Assembly: GCA_038243585.1 (NCBI GenBank)
Contig: JBBSQY010000020.1
Span: 1-52,762, forward strand
Source of the DNA: Candidatus Sumerlaeales bacterium
Lineage (GTDB): Bacteria; Sumerlaeota; Sumerlaeia; Sumerlaeales; Sumerlaeaceae
Reading direction: 5' to 3'
DNA: 52,762 nucleotides
Shown one piece after another: positions 18,183 through 26,464 of the stretch; positions within the stretch are counted from its first letter, which is position 1, and the number at the start of each line of letters is the position of its first letter. The notes under the pieces were generated by a model that made no database searches, had not been told where the DNA came from, and saw only the letters and a list, made by a program, of their open reading frames with translations. The translations under genes and the position numbers were made by a program.

Positions 18183-19702
18183 GCGGACTGAGCCTCCCCG
18201 CCCATTGCAGCGGCGAGAATGTTCTCCTGCGTGGCCTCGTCGCGGCTCAACACATTCGAGATATGCCCCCGATGCATTACACAGATGCGGTCGGCCAATC
18301 CCAGCATTTCGGGCAGTTCCGTGGTGATCAATAAAATGGTAGTGCCCTGCTTTCGTATTTGAGAAATCAGCTCATAGATTTCATGCTTGGCGCCCACGTC
18401 CACCCCCCGGGTAGGTTCATCCAAAAGCAGCAAAATCGGTTTGGTTTCCAGGCATCGCGCAAGCAGCACCTTTTGCTGATTGCCGCCGCTGAGAAATCGA
18501 ACCGGCTGGCGCGGACCCATACAGCGAATCCTGAGCGCCTCGATATAACCACCTGCGCAGCGGTTCTCGTCTCCGTTACTCAGCCATCCGCCGGGCGAAA
18601 ATTTCGGCAGGGTCGGCAGTGTGATATTTTGCGCAACAGACATCTGGAGTATCAGGCCGCTCTCCTTCCGGTCCGCTGGCAAAAACGCTATTCGATGAGC
18701 AATGGCTTCCCGCGGCGACCGAGGCAGGCTCCTTATGGTTTCCGACAAAATAGTTCCCCGGGCGCGCCGTCCAAACGAACCGTAAAGAGCATGAAACACG
18801 TCGCTGCAACCGCTCCCCTGCAAGCCCGAAAAGCCAAGAATCTCGCCGCGCCGAACGCTGAAACCCACATCCTGAATCACCCACTGTCCCGGAAGCGTAG
18901 GCGACGCAACACTCAGGCCCGAAACCTTCATCATCTCCGGCGCGTCAGCCTCCAGCGGCGGCGGCGCGGGAATTTGCCCGGTCAGTTCGCGCCCGACAAG
19001 GTTGGTAATAAGCGCCTGCGGCGACATCTCTGCGGCTGCTGACGTGGCGACGTGGCGACCATCCCTCATCACCATAATCTGGTCGGCCACCTGGTAAATC
19101 TCACTCATTTTATGAGAGATGAAAATGATACCCGCGCCACGGGATTTCATATCCGCCATAATCTGAACCAGTTTCGCCACATCAGGGTCCGCCAGCGAAC
19201 TCGTAGGCTCGTCCATTACGATCACCCGCGCATCTCGACTCGTGGCGCGGGCGATTTCAATCAGTTGCCGCACCGCTATGGGAAACGTCTCAAGGCGCCG
19301 GCTGGTGTCAATGTCACCCAGGCCAAACGGCCTCAGCAGTTCCTGCGCCCTCCGCCCCTGATCACGACGGTTCACCATACCCAATCGAGTTATTTCATGC
19401 CCCAGAAACAGGTTATCCTGCACCGACATCGCGCCAATAACGGACAGTTCCTGGTGGATAATCGCGATTCCCGCCCGCTCGGCATCCAACGGCTGGCGCA
19501 GGATTACCGGCTGTCCATCTATCAAAATAGAACCGGAATCAGGTGAATGCACCCCGCCAAGTATCTTCATCAACGTACTTTTGCCCGCGCCGTTTTCACC
19601 AGCCAGCACCAGCGTCTGCCCCGCATCAAGGTGCAGATCGATGCCGTGCAGGACGGGGATTCCGAAGAAGCCTTTAGATATGTCACTCATTTGGAGAAGC
19701 AT
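18179..19702 (-). CDS. monosaccharide ABC transporter ATP-binding protein (RbsA-like, tandem ABC domains)
   Basis: GENGAGKST, MDEPTSSL, LSGGNQQKV, LDEPTRGVDVGAK. Confidence 0.95.
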   Translation of the reverse strand: MLLQMSDISKGFFGIPVLHGIDLHLDAGQTLVLAGENGAGKSTLMKILGGVHSPDSGSILIDGQPVILRQPLDAERAGIAIIHQELSVIGAMSVQDNLFLGHEITRLGMVNRRDQGRRAQELLRPFGLGDIDTSRRLETFPIAVRQLIEIARATSRDARVIVMDEPTSSLADPDVAKLVQIMADMKSRGAGIIFISHKMSEIYQVADQIMVMRDGRHVATSAAAEMSPQALITNLVGRELTGQIPAPPPLEADAPEMMKVSGLSVASPTLPGQWVIQDVGFSVRRGEILGFSGLQGSGCSDVFHALYGSFGRRARGTILSETIRSLPRSPREAIAHRIAFLPADRKESGLILQMSVAQNITLPTLPKFSPGGWLSNGDENRCAGGYIEALRIRCMGPRQPVRFLSGGNQQKVLLARCLETKPILLLLDEPTRGVDVGAKHEIYELISQIRKQGTTILLITTELPEMLGLADRICVMHRGHISNVLSRDEATQENILAAAMGGEAQSA

Positions 19703-19783
19703 TGGGATAAGCCCAAAAGGAAATGCGTATACGCGACTTAAACACGCAAGAAGGAAATCAGAAACGCGACAAAGCCCTATTAA

Positions 19784-19810
19784 GAAGTAGCATAGGCGTC
19801 CCGCCTGTGT
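19784..19810 (+). repeat. GTAG REP-like palindrome (family B), copy 1
   Basis: GAAGTAGCATAGGCGTCCCGCCTGTGT; identical 27-bp copy at 21505-21531. Confidence 0.85.
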
Positions 19811-19906
19811 CCATAAATCGCCCCATCAACGACAAACACCTGAGCCGTGCACCGCAACCCTAAAAAAACGTCAGTATATAAGAGTTGCGCTTTTGCAAAC
19901 TACCTC

Positions 19907-19938
19907 AGATACACCAGTCCAAAGATACACCAGTCCAA
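19907..19938 (+). repeat. perfect 16-bp tandem duplication
   Basis: AGATACACCAGTCCAA twice, upstream of the DUF2961 gene. Confidence 0.85.
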
Positions 19939-19966
19939 TAAAACCAAATTCCGGAAGGAAGATCTG

Positions 19967-21481
19967 ATGCGTTTTACTTTAAATCTGATGCTCGCGCTGG
20001 CCGTATGCGCAGCCTCGGGGGTGGCCTCTGCTCAAACCGTTAACCTGGGAAAAGTTCAAAACTATGAAAGCGCACGCGTCTCCAGTGAAGACCGCACCGG
20101 AAACGCCGACATGAGACGCATCGGTCCTGGCGAAACCCTAACCTTGGCCGATGTGCAGGGCCCCGGAGAAATCACTCACCTATGGACAACCATCAGCACC
20201 GCCGACCCCGACCATCTCCGAAACATCGTATTCCGGATTTACTGGGACGGCAACGACTTTCCTTCAGTTGAAAGCCCCGTTGGCGACTTCTTCGGCCTCG
20301 GCCATGCCAAATATTATATCTTTGATAATCCCGTCCAGGCCATCGGCACAGACAATGCAATGAACTGCTTTTGGCCCATGCCGTTCCGAAAGAGCGCGCG
20401 CGTCACCGCGACCAATGAAAGCCAGACCACCGTCGGCGCATACTATTATTACGTCGATTACCGCAAATACGATACTCTGCCCGACGACATTACCTACTTC
20501 CATGCCCAGTATAAACAGGCCATGCCAAACCCGGACGGACAGAACTATCTGATCGCCGAAACAAGCGGCGGGCGTGGACATTTCGCCGGCGTCAGTCTCT
20601 CAATTCACACCCAGACCAATGGCTGGTGGGGCGAGGGAGACGACATCTTTACCATCGATGGCGAAGAAACGCCATCGCTCTGGGGCACTGGCAGCGAAGA
20701 TTATTTCTGCGGCGCTTGGTGCTACGGAAAAACCTTCTATAATAATTACTTCGGTATGCCATTGCGCGAGCGCATCGACCAGGCATTAGACAACTACTGG
20801 AACGTGTATCGCCTGCACCTCGAGAGCCCCATCACGTTTAAAAAATCCATCAAAGTCGAAATTGAACACGGCGACAACGGCGTAAGCAACACGCGCAAGC
20901 CGCGCAACAACGACTACTCTTCCTGCGCCTACTGGTATGTGGATACGCCTCGTCCGCTGATAGGAGAACTCGCCAAGGCCGCCGACCGCTTGCCTTCATT
21001 TAAGGATATGCCCGCCCCCGCCGGCGCCTTTGAAGCCCAGTATATGGAACGCGATTCCAAGGGCGGCGCCGCAGAAACCCAGGAGATCGGGCGAGCGGAT
21101 AACAAGGACGGCGACTGGCTGAACAATGACCAGCTTTGGGTCCGTGACGGGAAACCCGGCGATACTGCAAAAATCACCTTCACCACAACAGAAACCCTGG
21201 CCGGAGACGCAGCGCTTTTTATTACCCGGGCTAAAGACTACGGTCAGATTCAGTTAAACCTGGATGGCAAGGACCTCGGTGTAATCGACGGATTTAATCC
21301 GGAAATTGACAGGGTGCGTGTCTCGCTCGGTGAAATGTCCGTTCCTGCCGGAAAACACACACTGACGGTCACTATTAAGGGAAAAAACCCAAAATCCAAA
21401 GCGTTCTTTTGGGGCATCGATTATCTACAACTGGGCGGCGTGAAAGACCCAAAAGAAGCAGCCGTCAAAAAATTAAAGTAG
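19967..21481 (+). CDS. exported DUF2961/GH172 glycoside hydrolase with extra C-terminal beta-sandwich domain
   Basis: GPGEITHLW, PVGDFFG, PMPF, WWGEGDD, GTGSEDYF, IEHG; signal peptide from ATG 19967 with upstream AAGGA. Confidence 0.88.
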   Translation: MRFTLNLMLALAVCAASGVASAQTVNLGKVQNYESARVSSEDRTGNADMRRIGPGETLTLADVQGPGEITHLWTTISTADPDHLRNIVFRIYWDGNDFPSVESPVGDFFGLGHAKYYIFDNPVQAIGTDNAMNCFWPMPFRKSARVTATNESQTTVGAYYYYVDYRKYDTLPDDITYFHAQYKQAMPNPDGQNYLIAETSGGRGHFAGVSLSIHTQTNGWWGEGDDIFTIDGEETPSLWGTGSEDYFCGAWCYGKTFYNNYFGMPLRERIDQALDNYWNVYRLHLESPITFKKSIKVEIEHGDNGVSNTRKPRNNDYSSCAYWYVDTPRPLIGELAKAADRLPSFKDMPAPAGAFEAQYMERDSKGGAAETQEIGRADNKDGDWLNNDQLWVRDGKPGDTAKITFTTTETLAGDAALFITRAKDYGQIQLNLDGKDLGVIDGFNPEIDRVRVSLGEMSVPAGKHTLTVTIKGKNPKSKAFFWGIDYLQLGGVKDPKEAAVKKLK

Positions 21482-21504
21482 CTCTCCACGGAGCCGCCAA
21501 AAAT

Positions 21505-21531
21505 GAAGTAGCATAGGCGTCCCGCCTGTGT
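21505..21531 (+). repeat. GTAG REP-like palindrome (family B), copy 2
   Basis: Identical to 19784-19810, same orientation. Confidence 0.85.
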
Positions 21532-21600
21532 AGGTAATACGAAGTACGATTAAGTTTGAACACTAACATAACAGAACTCGAGCCAGTCCTCGACGGAAGC

Positions 21601-21636
21601 AAGAGCGCCCCGGCATTTACGCCGGGGCGCTCTTTT
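21601..21636. terminator. intrinsic terminator between convergent genes
   Basis: AAGAGCGCCCCGGC-atttac-GCCGGGGCGCTCTTTT. Confidence 0.85.
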
Positions 21637-21648
21637 CACAAAAAAATT

Positions 21649-22791
21649 CTACACCATCCGCCGCGCAAACACCAGCAAAAACGCCAAACCACCCAGCCAC
21701 AACGAGTGCTGAAAATAACCAAGAGCGACAATCCCCAGACACGGGAGCCCCAGCACCGACGTCACCATTTTTACCCGGTTTCGCAATTCCATTTCCCGAT
21801 AGTCGGAGTACTTGCGCAACGTCGCTGGCGTCGTTCCCGCCGCCTCGCCCACCGCCGCCAGTCCTCGGCTTTCCGCATCCATGATATGAGTTTGCCGCAG
21901 GGCTTCTGTCAGAGACTCCCCATCCTGCAGAAATCGCAGCCCCGATTCCAGTCTCCGCCCCACATGACCATTCGGCAGCGAATCAGTCGCGGTCACCCAA
22001 GCATCCGTCACTGGCATCCCGGCCTCAATGAGAAGCGCAGCTACACGAAAAAATACAGCCTGGGAATACTGCAATATCATCTTACCAACAATAGGTGCAG
22101 TCAGAATCACCCGATCATAAGCAGGCCGCACCGCAGGTATCCGGATAAACCAGGCGAAGATTATCCCCAACACCGCCCCCGCCATGATTGGCAGATAATA
22201 ATAGATAAAGAATTTAACCGCCGCATCGCCCGTGCTCATCGTCGCTGTCAACGTGGCGATGGCGACATCCCTCAGAACCATAATAAAAGCTCCGGCAAAA
22301 ACAAGCGCGGTCGGATACGCGATTGCGCGTAGAATCTGGCTGCGAATATCCAGGATCCATCTATAATGACTAACGACATGACGTAGCGCCGCAGGGGCGT
22401 CCCCACCCCGCAGCCCCACAATCATAAGATTTCGAATCAAAGGCGGAATGTCCCTAAGATCAGCAATAGCCGAAGTTGCCCCTGCTCCGGCTCTGATCCG
22501 CCGAAGAATTTCATTGGAGGCCCGAGACACAGCCCTCCGTCCCGAGCTGGCCCCCACCAGTTCCAACGCGGGAATAAAAGGCATTCCGGCGTTCAACGAT
22601 GTGTGCAGTTCAACCGCAAAAAAATACCAGTCGCGGGCGCTGGGCGTCCCGAAACTGCCCTGGTCCCGCGCCGGCTTCTTTCTACCAGCCGGAGAATATG
22701 AAGTAGGCTCCACATCCACCCGCCGAACCTCGCCACCATTGTACCGTGGTATGCGAACTTCGACTTCATCATCGGGCGACGTGCGACTCAC
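21649..22791 (-). CDS. type II secretion system F / PilC family membrane protein
   Basis: Two T2SSF-like repeats (LNAGMPFIPAL…; LIEAGMPVTDA…GESLTEAL…VGEAAG), AIAYP before a TM helix. Confidence 0.85.
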   Translation of the reverse strand: MSRTSPDDEVEVRIPRYNGGEVRRVDVEPTSYSPAGRKKPARDQGSFGTPSARDWYFFAVELHTSLNAGMPFIPALELVGASSGRRAVSRASNEILRRIRAGAGATSAIADLRDIPPLIRNLMIVGLRGGDAPAALRHVVSHYRWILDIRSQILRAIAYPTALVFAGAFIMVLRDVAIATLTATMSTGDAAVKFFIYYYLPIMAGAVLGIIFAWFIRIPAVRPAYDRVILTAPIVGKMILQYSQAVFFRVAALLIEAGMPVTDAWVTATDSLPNGHVGRRLESGLRFLQDGESLTEALRQTHIMDAESRGLAAVGEAAGTTPATLRKYSDYREMELRNRVKMVTSVLGLPCLGIVALGYFQHSLWLGGLAFLLVFARRMV

Positions 22792-22803
22792 TGGTGAGCC
22801 GGG

Positions 22804-24192
22804 TCAGCCAAGGCCATGCATGCGGATCATTTTCCTTAGGTAAAACCGGAGCCCGCCGTCAATTTCCCACTGGGTCTCCGCATTTGCGGCGTCCATAAAA
22901 TAGAAAGCGCTGGCGTAATGCAACGGGGCGAGGAGGCAGGCCAGATCAAACATCTCTGCCAGCCGCGAATCGGAGTCGTAGCTGCTCCACGCAGCCAGAT
23001 AACATTGACGGGCTCGATTAAGGCAGCTGGGGTCATTGGTGTCGCGCGCGATAAACGGGTAAGCCATGCGGAAAAACGGATGAGTGACACAAGGTTCCGA
23101 CCAGTCAGGAAATGCAAATCCGGGAAAGACCGGAACGGCGCCCGGAGTATAATCGCCATGTTCCAGCACGGCCGGCAAATCAACACTCGCCAGGCGACGG
23201 CAGGCATCCTCAAACCGCGGCACCCGCTCCCGTAGTATCCGAATTTCCTCCTGGGACAAAACCCCTCGCCGCGTCGCAACCTCGTCTATCATGGGAGTTA
23301 TTATATTAACAAGCTTATCAACCTGTCTGTCTGGCAACCCAAGCTCCAGAAAGGTGGGAACGTGGCGGGCCGTGTTCTGCTGAAACACCGCCAGGGCGGA
23401 TACGGCTTCGTCCAGTTCCGCAAGGTGCTCCACGTCGATCCCCTCAATTTTAATACATGATCCGGAGGTGCAGGCCAGGCTCCAGCCCCGCCGAGGATCA
23501 CTCGCGATGTGGCCGGGCATAAACTCCGCAAAGTACGGTCGCAGCTCCCAGTCAAGCAGCCGTTCATTGATATCCAGAGGGCGTCGCGCCGCGCGAAAAA
23601 AGACTTCTCCCACAGAAGTCGGTACCCGCAAAAGCACCGATTTATGACTGACCCGAACCTGCTCTATACTTCCAAGGGTGGAGATGGAATGGCGTTTCAA
23701 CTGATCCAGCACCCACGAAACAGCAATGGCGAGCCAGCCCGCCCGGCGCCAGGGTGTATCAATGTTTGCATCAACCGAAGTAAGATTACCCTCCGCAAAC
23801 CACGAATGCAAAAGAAGGCTGTGGCCCGGTTCCAGAATGCGAACATTTTCCAGATCTTCAAGAGACGCCCAGCGACAATTATCCGGCGGACGCAACCCCG
23901 AACTTCCATGGGTTTCCAGTTCATAAATCCGGCAGAGACGCTGCTGATCAAGACAGACGCGGTTGCAAAGACAGCGAAGAGTTGTCGCCTTTACCCCCCA
24001 GGACCGTTTCACCTGGCGATTTACGTGGTCCACCATTTCCCAGGGTACATTGACATCGCCCTTCCATCGGGGCAAAGCCCAGGCATCATCCTCACCCTGA
24101 ACAAGTAACAGCCGTTCACCATCGCGATCGCTGATGAGGGCGAAGTAATCAAGCAGGTCATCTGTTTCCACAATCGGTGTTGTCACTGGCAA
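22804..24192 (-). CDS. aminoglycoside phosphotransferase/kinase-like protein with degenerate NUDIX-like N-terminal region
   Basis: LEHGDYTPG, DWSEPCVTHPF kinase-like motifs; N-terminal LLLV…WALP. Start uncertain. Confidence 0.7.
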   Translation of the reverse strand: MPVTTPIVETDDLLDYFALISDRDGERLLLVQGEDDAWALPRWKGDVNVPWEMVDHVNRQVKRSWGVKATTLRCLCNRVCLDQQRLCRIYELETHGSSGLRPPDNCRWASLEDLENVRILEPGHSLLLHSWFAEGNLTSVDANIDTPWRRAGWLAIAVSWVLDQLKRHSISTLGSIEQVRVSHKSVLLRVPTSVGEVFFRAARRPLDINERLLDWELRPYFAEFMPGHIASDPRRGWSLACTSGSCIKIEGIDVEHLAELDEAVSALAVFQQNTARHVPTFLELGLPDRQVDKLVNIITPMIDEVATRRGVLSQEEIRILRERVPRFEDACRRLASVDLPAVLEHGDYTPGAVPVFPGFAFPDWSEPCVTHPFFRMAYPFIARDTNDPSCLNRARQCYLAAWSSYDSDSRLAEMFDLACLLAPLHYASAFYFMDAANAETQWEIDGGLRFYLRKMIRMHGLG

Positions 24193-24365
24193 AAGGCCTT
24201 CCGGCTTTTATATATGAGACAAAGGTAGCGGTGTTACGAAACTTTCATACTATGAGACACTTCTCGTCATATAGTATGCCACGACTTCCCATTGATACTT
24301 TACGGCATAAAAATCATTGTCGATGGAACAAAACAAAAAAATCGTACCCATGCATCATGTTCCTC

Positions 24366-24395
24366 TTGACAGGGGTCTCTGAATGGTGTGGTAAT
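24366..24395 (+). promoter_or_regulatory. sigma70-type promoter for the small lipoprotein pair
   Basis: Perfect TTGACA (24366-24371), 18-bp spacer, TG-n-GGTAAT. Confidence 0.55.
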
Positions 24396-24460
24396 TCGCG
24401 TAATTGATGAGGGGTGAGACCTTCAACAATTGCTGATCTTGAGCCTTAGGAGGTTCTGAA

Positions 24461-24649
24461 ATGAAATTTGTGCACGTTGCCATGGCGGCAATTGCAGTGT
24501 CGGCGCTTAGCGCCTGCTGCTACCGCCCATGCCCCCGTCCGTGTGCGCCATCTGCGCCGAGCTATTGTATGCCGGCCTGCGCGCCTGCCCCATATGCCCA
24601 GCCGGCCCAGCCGGTAAAACGGATGTATCAGGCCCCTGTAGAAAAATAA
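24461..24649 (+). CDS. small Cys/Pro-rich lipoprotein 1 (62 aa)
   Basis: TAGGAGG ribosome-binding site, MK plus hydrophobic core, LSAC lipobox, 6 Cys and 11 Pro, ends PVEK. Confidence 0.85.
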   Translation: MKFVHVAMAAIAVSALSACCYRPCPRPCAPSAPSYCMPACAPAPYAQPAQPVKRMYQAPVEK

Positions 24650-24787
24650 AAAATTGTGCAATCTGAAAAGGTTCCCAATTATTTTGGGAAACATGCATTT
24701 TTCAGTTGCCAACACGTCGAGAATTCAATGAATTCCCGATTGCTTGCATGCAAGTAGCATCAATTCCGGTTAGGAGGACTCCTACAA

Positions 24788-25006
24788 ATGAAAGCGATTA
24801 CCCTCGCTCTAGCAGTAGTGGCCGCCGTCTCAACATTGACAGGTTGCGCCAATCTTCGCACGCGCTCGGCTCCGGCCCAGGCTTGCCTCACCAATCCTTG
24901 TGGTGGCTTCGGCCCCTGCCAGGGTGCCGTCTGCGCTCCGCAGATGCCACCACAGCAGATGATGCCGCCACCCCCTTTCATGCCACCCCCTACCCTCGAA
25001 AAGTAA
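24788..25006 (+). CDS. small Cys/Pro-rich lipoprotein 2 (72 aa)
   Basis: TAGGAGG ribosome-binding site, MK plus hydrophobic core, LTGC lipobox, 5 Cys, Pro/Met/Gln tail, ends PTLEK; terminator follows. Confidence 0.85.
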   Translation: MKAITLALAVVAAVSTLTGCANLRTRSAPAQACLTNPCGGFGPCQGAVCAPQMPPQQMMPPPPFMPPPTLEK

Positions 25007-25032
25007 GGTTGGTTGCAGCAAAGGAAATGATT

Positions 25033-25061
25033 ACCCCTCCGGCTACGCCGGAGGGGTTTTT
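25033..25061 (+). terminator. intrinsic terminator
   Basis: ACCCCTCCGGC-tac-GCCGGAGGGGT-TTTT. Confidence 0.9.
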
Positions 25062-25134
25062 CATTTGTAGTAACGCAAGGCCTCGCGACTGTGCGACTCA
25101 CGAACAACTCCCCGCCCAATAGGTATCCGACCTC

Positions 25135-26037
25135 ATGAACCAGATTTGGAGCGTCTATAAGATTAGGTTGACGGCTGACGTCGGCGAATCTTCCGAGGAA
25201 TTGCTGGGCAATGCCCTCTCAATGTATGACCACTGCGGCTATTACGAAGCCAAAGCCCCTGACAACGGCGAAGGCGCAGAATGGCATGTCTATTTTGATC
25301 CCGCCACGGTGCCCATGGATTTCACGCTGACCTTCGTGGAACAGGCCAAAATTTTCGACCTCCCTATTGTCGGGGTCCACGGACCATTTGAATCTCCCCG
25401 GGAAAACTGGCACGACGCATGGCGGCAGTATTTTCGCCCTGTGGAAGTTACCTCTCGCACGGTGATAGTTCCGTCGTGGGAAGAGCATTTAGCCACGGCC
25501 TATGAGCAGCTGAACAAACTGGTATTGCGAATAGAGCCGGGAATGGCCTTTGGAACAGGAACTCATGCGACCACTCAGCTCTGCCTGAAGATCGCTGAAC
25601 GCCTTGTGCGGCCTGGAGCTACAGTGTTAGATGCTGGCACCGGAAGCGGAATTCTAGCTATCGCTGCGGCGAAGCTCGGAGCATCAAAGGTATTGGGCTT
25701 TGATCTCGACCCTGACGTGCAAAGTAACGCAGCAGACAATCTCCACCTCAATAAAGTGGAGCCCGAAGTAGTGGAGGTGAGAATCGTTGGCCTCGACGAT
25801 CTGCCCCTTGACCCTTACGATGTCATTTTCTGCAACATGCTCAGCCACGAATTCGAGCCGCTACTGCCGGGACTGGCGAAACGCCTGAAGGCAGCAAGCG
25901 GGCGACTTTTGCTGAGCGGTATGCTGCTTGAAGAAGAAGAGACAGTTCGCGGATGGCTGGCCAGACCAGATGTAGCCCTATGCTGCGTCGAAACCGACCA
26001 GAGCGGTGAATGGTTGGCAATAGTCGCAGCCCCATAA
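25135..26037 (+). CDS. prmA: ribosomal protein L11 methyltransferase
   Basis: ENWHDAWRQYFRP, IEPGMAFGTGTHATT, LDAGTGSGILAI, LLSG. Confidence 0.93.
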   Translation: MNQIWSVYKIRLTADVGESSEELLGNALSMYDHCGYYEAKAPDNGEGAEWHVYFDPATVPMDFTLTFVEQAKIFDLPIVGVHGPFESPRENWHDAWRQYFRPVEVTSRTVIVPSWEEHLATAYEQLNKLVLRIEPGMAFGTGTHATTQLCLKIAERLVRPGATVLDAGTGSGILAIAAAKLGASKVLGFDLDPDVQSNAADNLHLNKVEPEVVEVRIVGLDDLPLDPYDVIFCNMLSHEFEPLLPGLAKRLKAASGRLLLSGMLLEEEETVRGWLARPDVALCCVETDQSGEWLAIVAAP

Positions 26038-26044
26038 CCCCCAG

Positions 26045-26150
26045 GTAGGACTGGCCCTCCAAGCCGTCCAAAGTTCTGGTAAGGATGGCCCTCCAACCCG
26101 TCCGAAGCTCTTGGTAGGGATGGCTCGCCGAGCCGTCCGAAGCCGTCCGA
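26045..26150 (+). repeat. cluster of family A REP-like palindromes
   Basis: Units at 26045, 26079 (degenerate) and 26114 (GTAGGGATGGCTCGCCGAGCCGTCCG, identical to 9389 and 9434). Confidence 0.85.
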
Positions 26151-26210
26151 CACGTAAAAAACAAACCGTACCCCAACGGCGTAACTCAGCAAAAGGCCGG
26201 AAGAAATAGC

Positions 26211-26286
26211 ACTACGAGTTTCCGGCTTTAGCGTGACTGCGACTTTCCGGCTTTAGCGTGACTACGAGTTTCCGGCTTTAGCCGGA
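26211..26286 (+). repeat. three 25-bp tandem repeats (family C)
   Basis: ACTACGAGTTTCCGGCTTTAGCGTG-type units at 26211, 26236, 26261; the last completes the palindrome TCCGGCTTTAGCCGGA. Confidence 0.85.
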
Positions 26287-26438
26287 TCCCTCTTTGCACC
26301 CTCATTTATGAGGGGTGTAGCTGATTTGTAAAGGCTTATAGCGCGCTTCAGCGTGGCTTTTTTACCGCTTCAGCACCACTCGCGACATCAGGTAAAGCTC
26401 TTTAAAACCAGCCGCTAGTTTAAAATTGGATATTTCTG

Positions 26439-26464
26439 GTAAGGATGGCCCGCCGAGCCGTCCG
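26439..26464 (+). repeat. single family A REP-like palindrome
   Basis: GTAAGGATGGCCCGCCGAGCCGTCCG. Confidence 0.8.

Noticed and set aside
24461..25006. RiPP precursor peptides
   Set aside because: Canonical lipoprotein signals are present and there is no radical SAM, YcaO, LanM or peptidase-transporter nearby; the adjacent methyltransferase is ordinary PrmA.
26211..26286. Possible CRISPR array
   Set aside because: Contiguous 25-bp tandem units without unique spacers.
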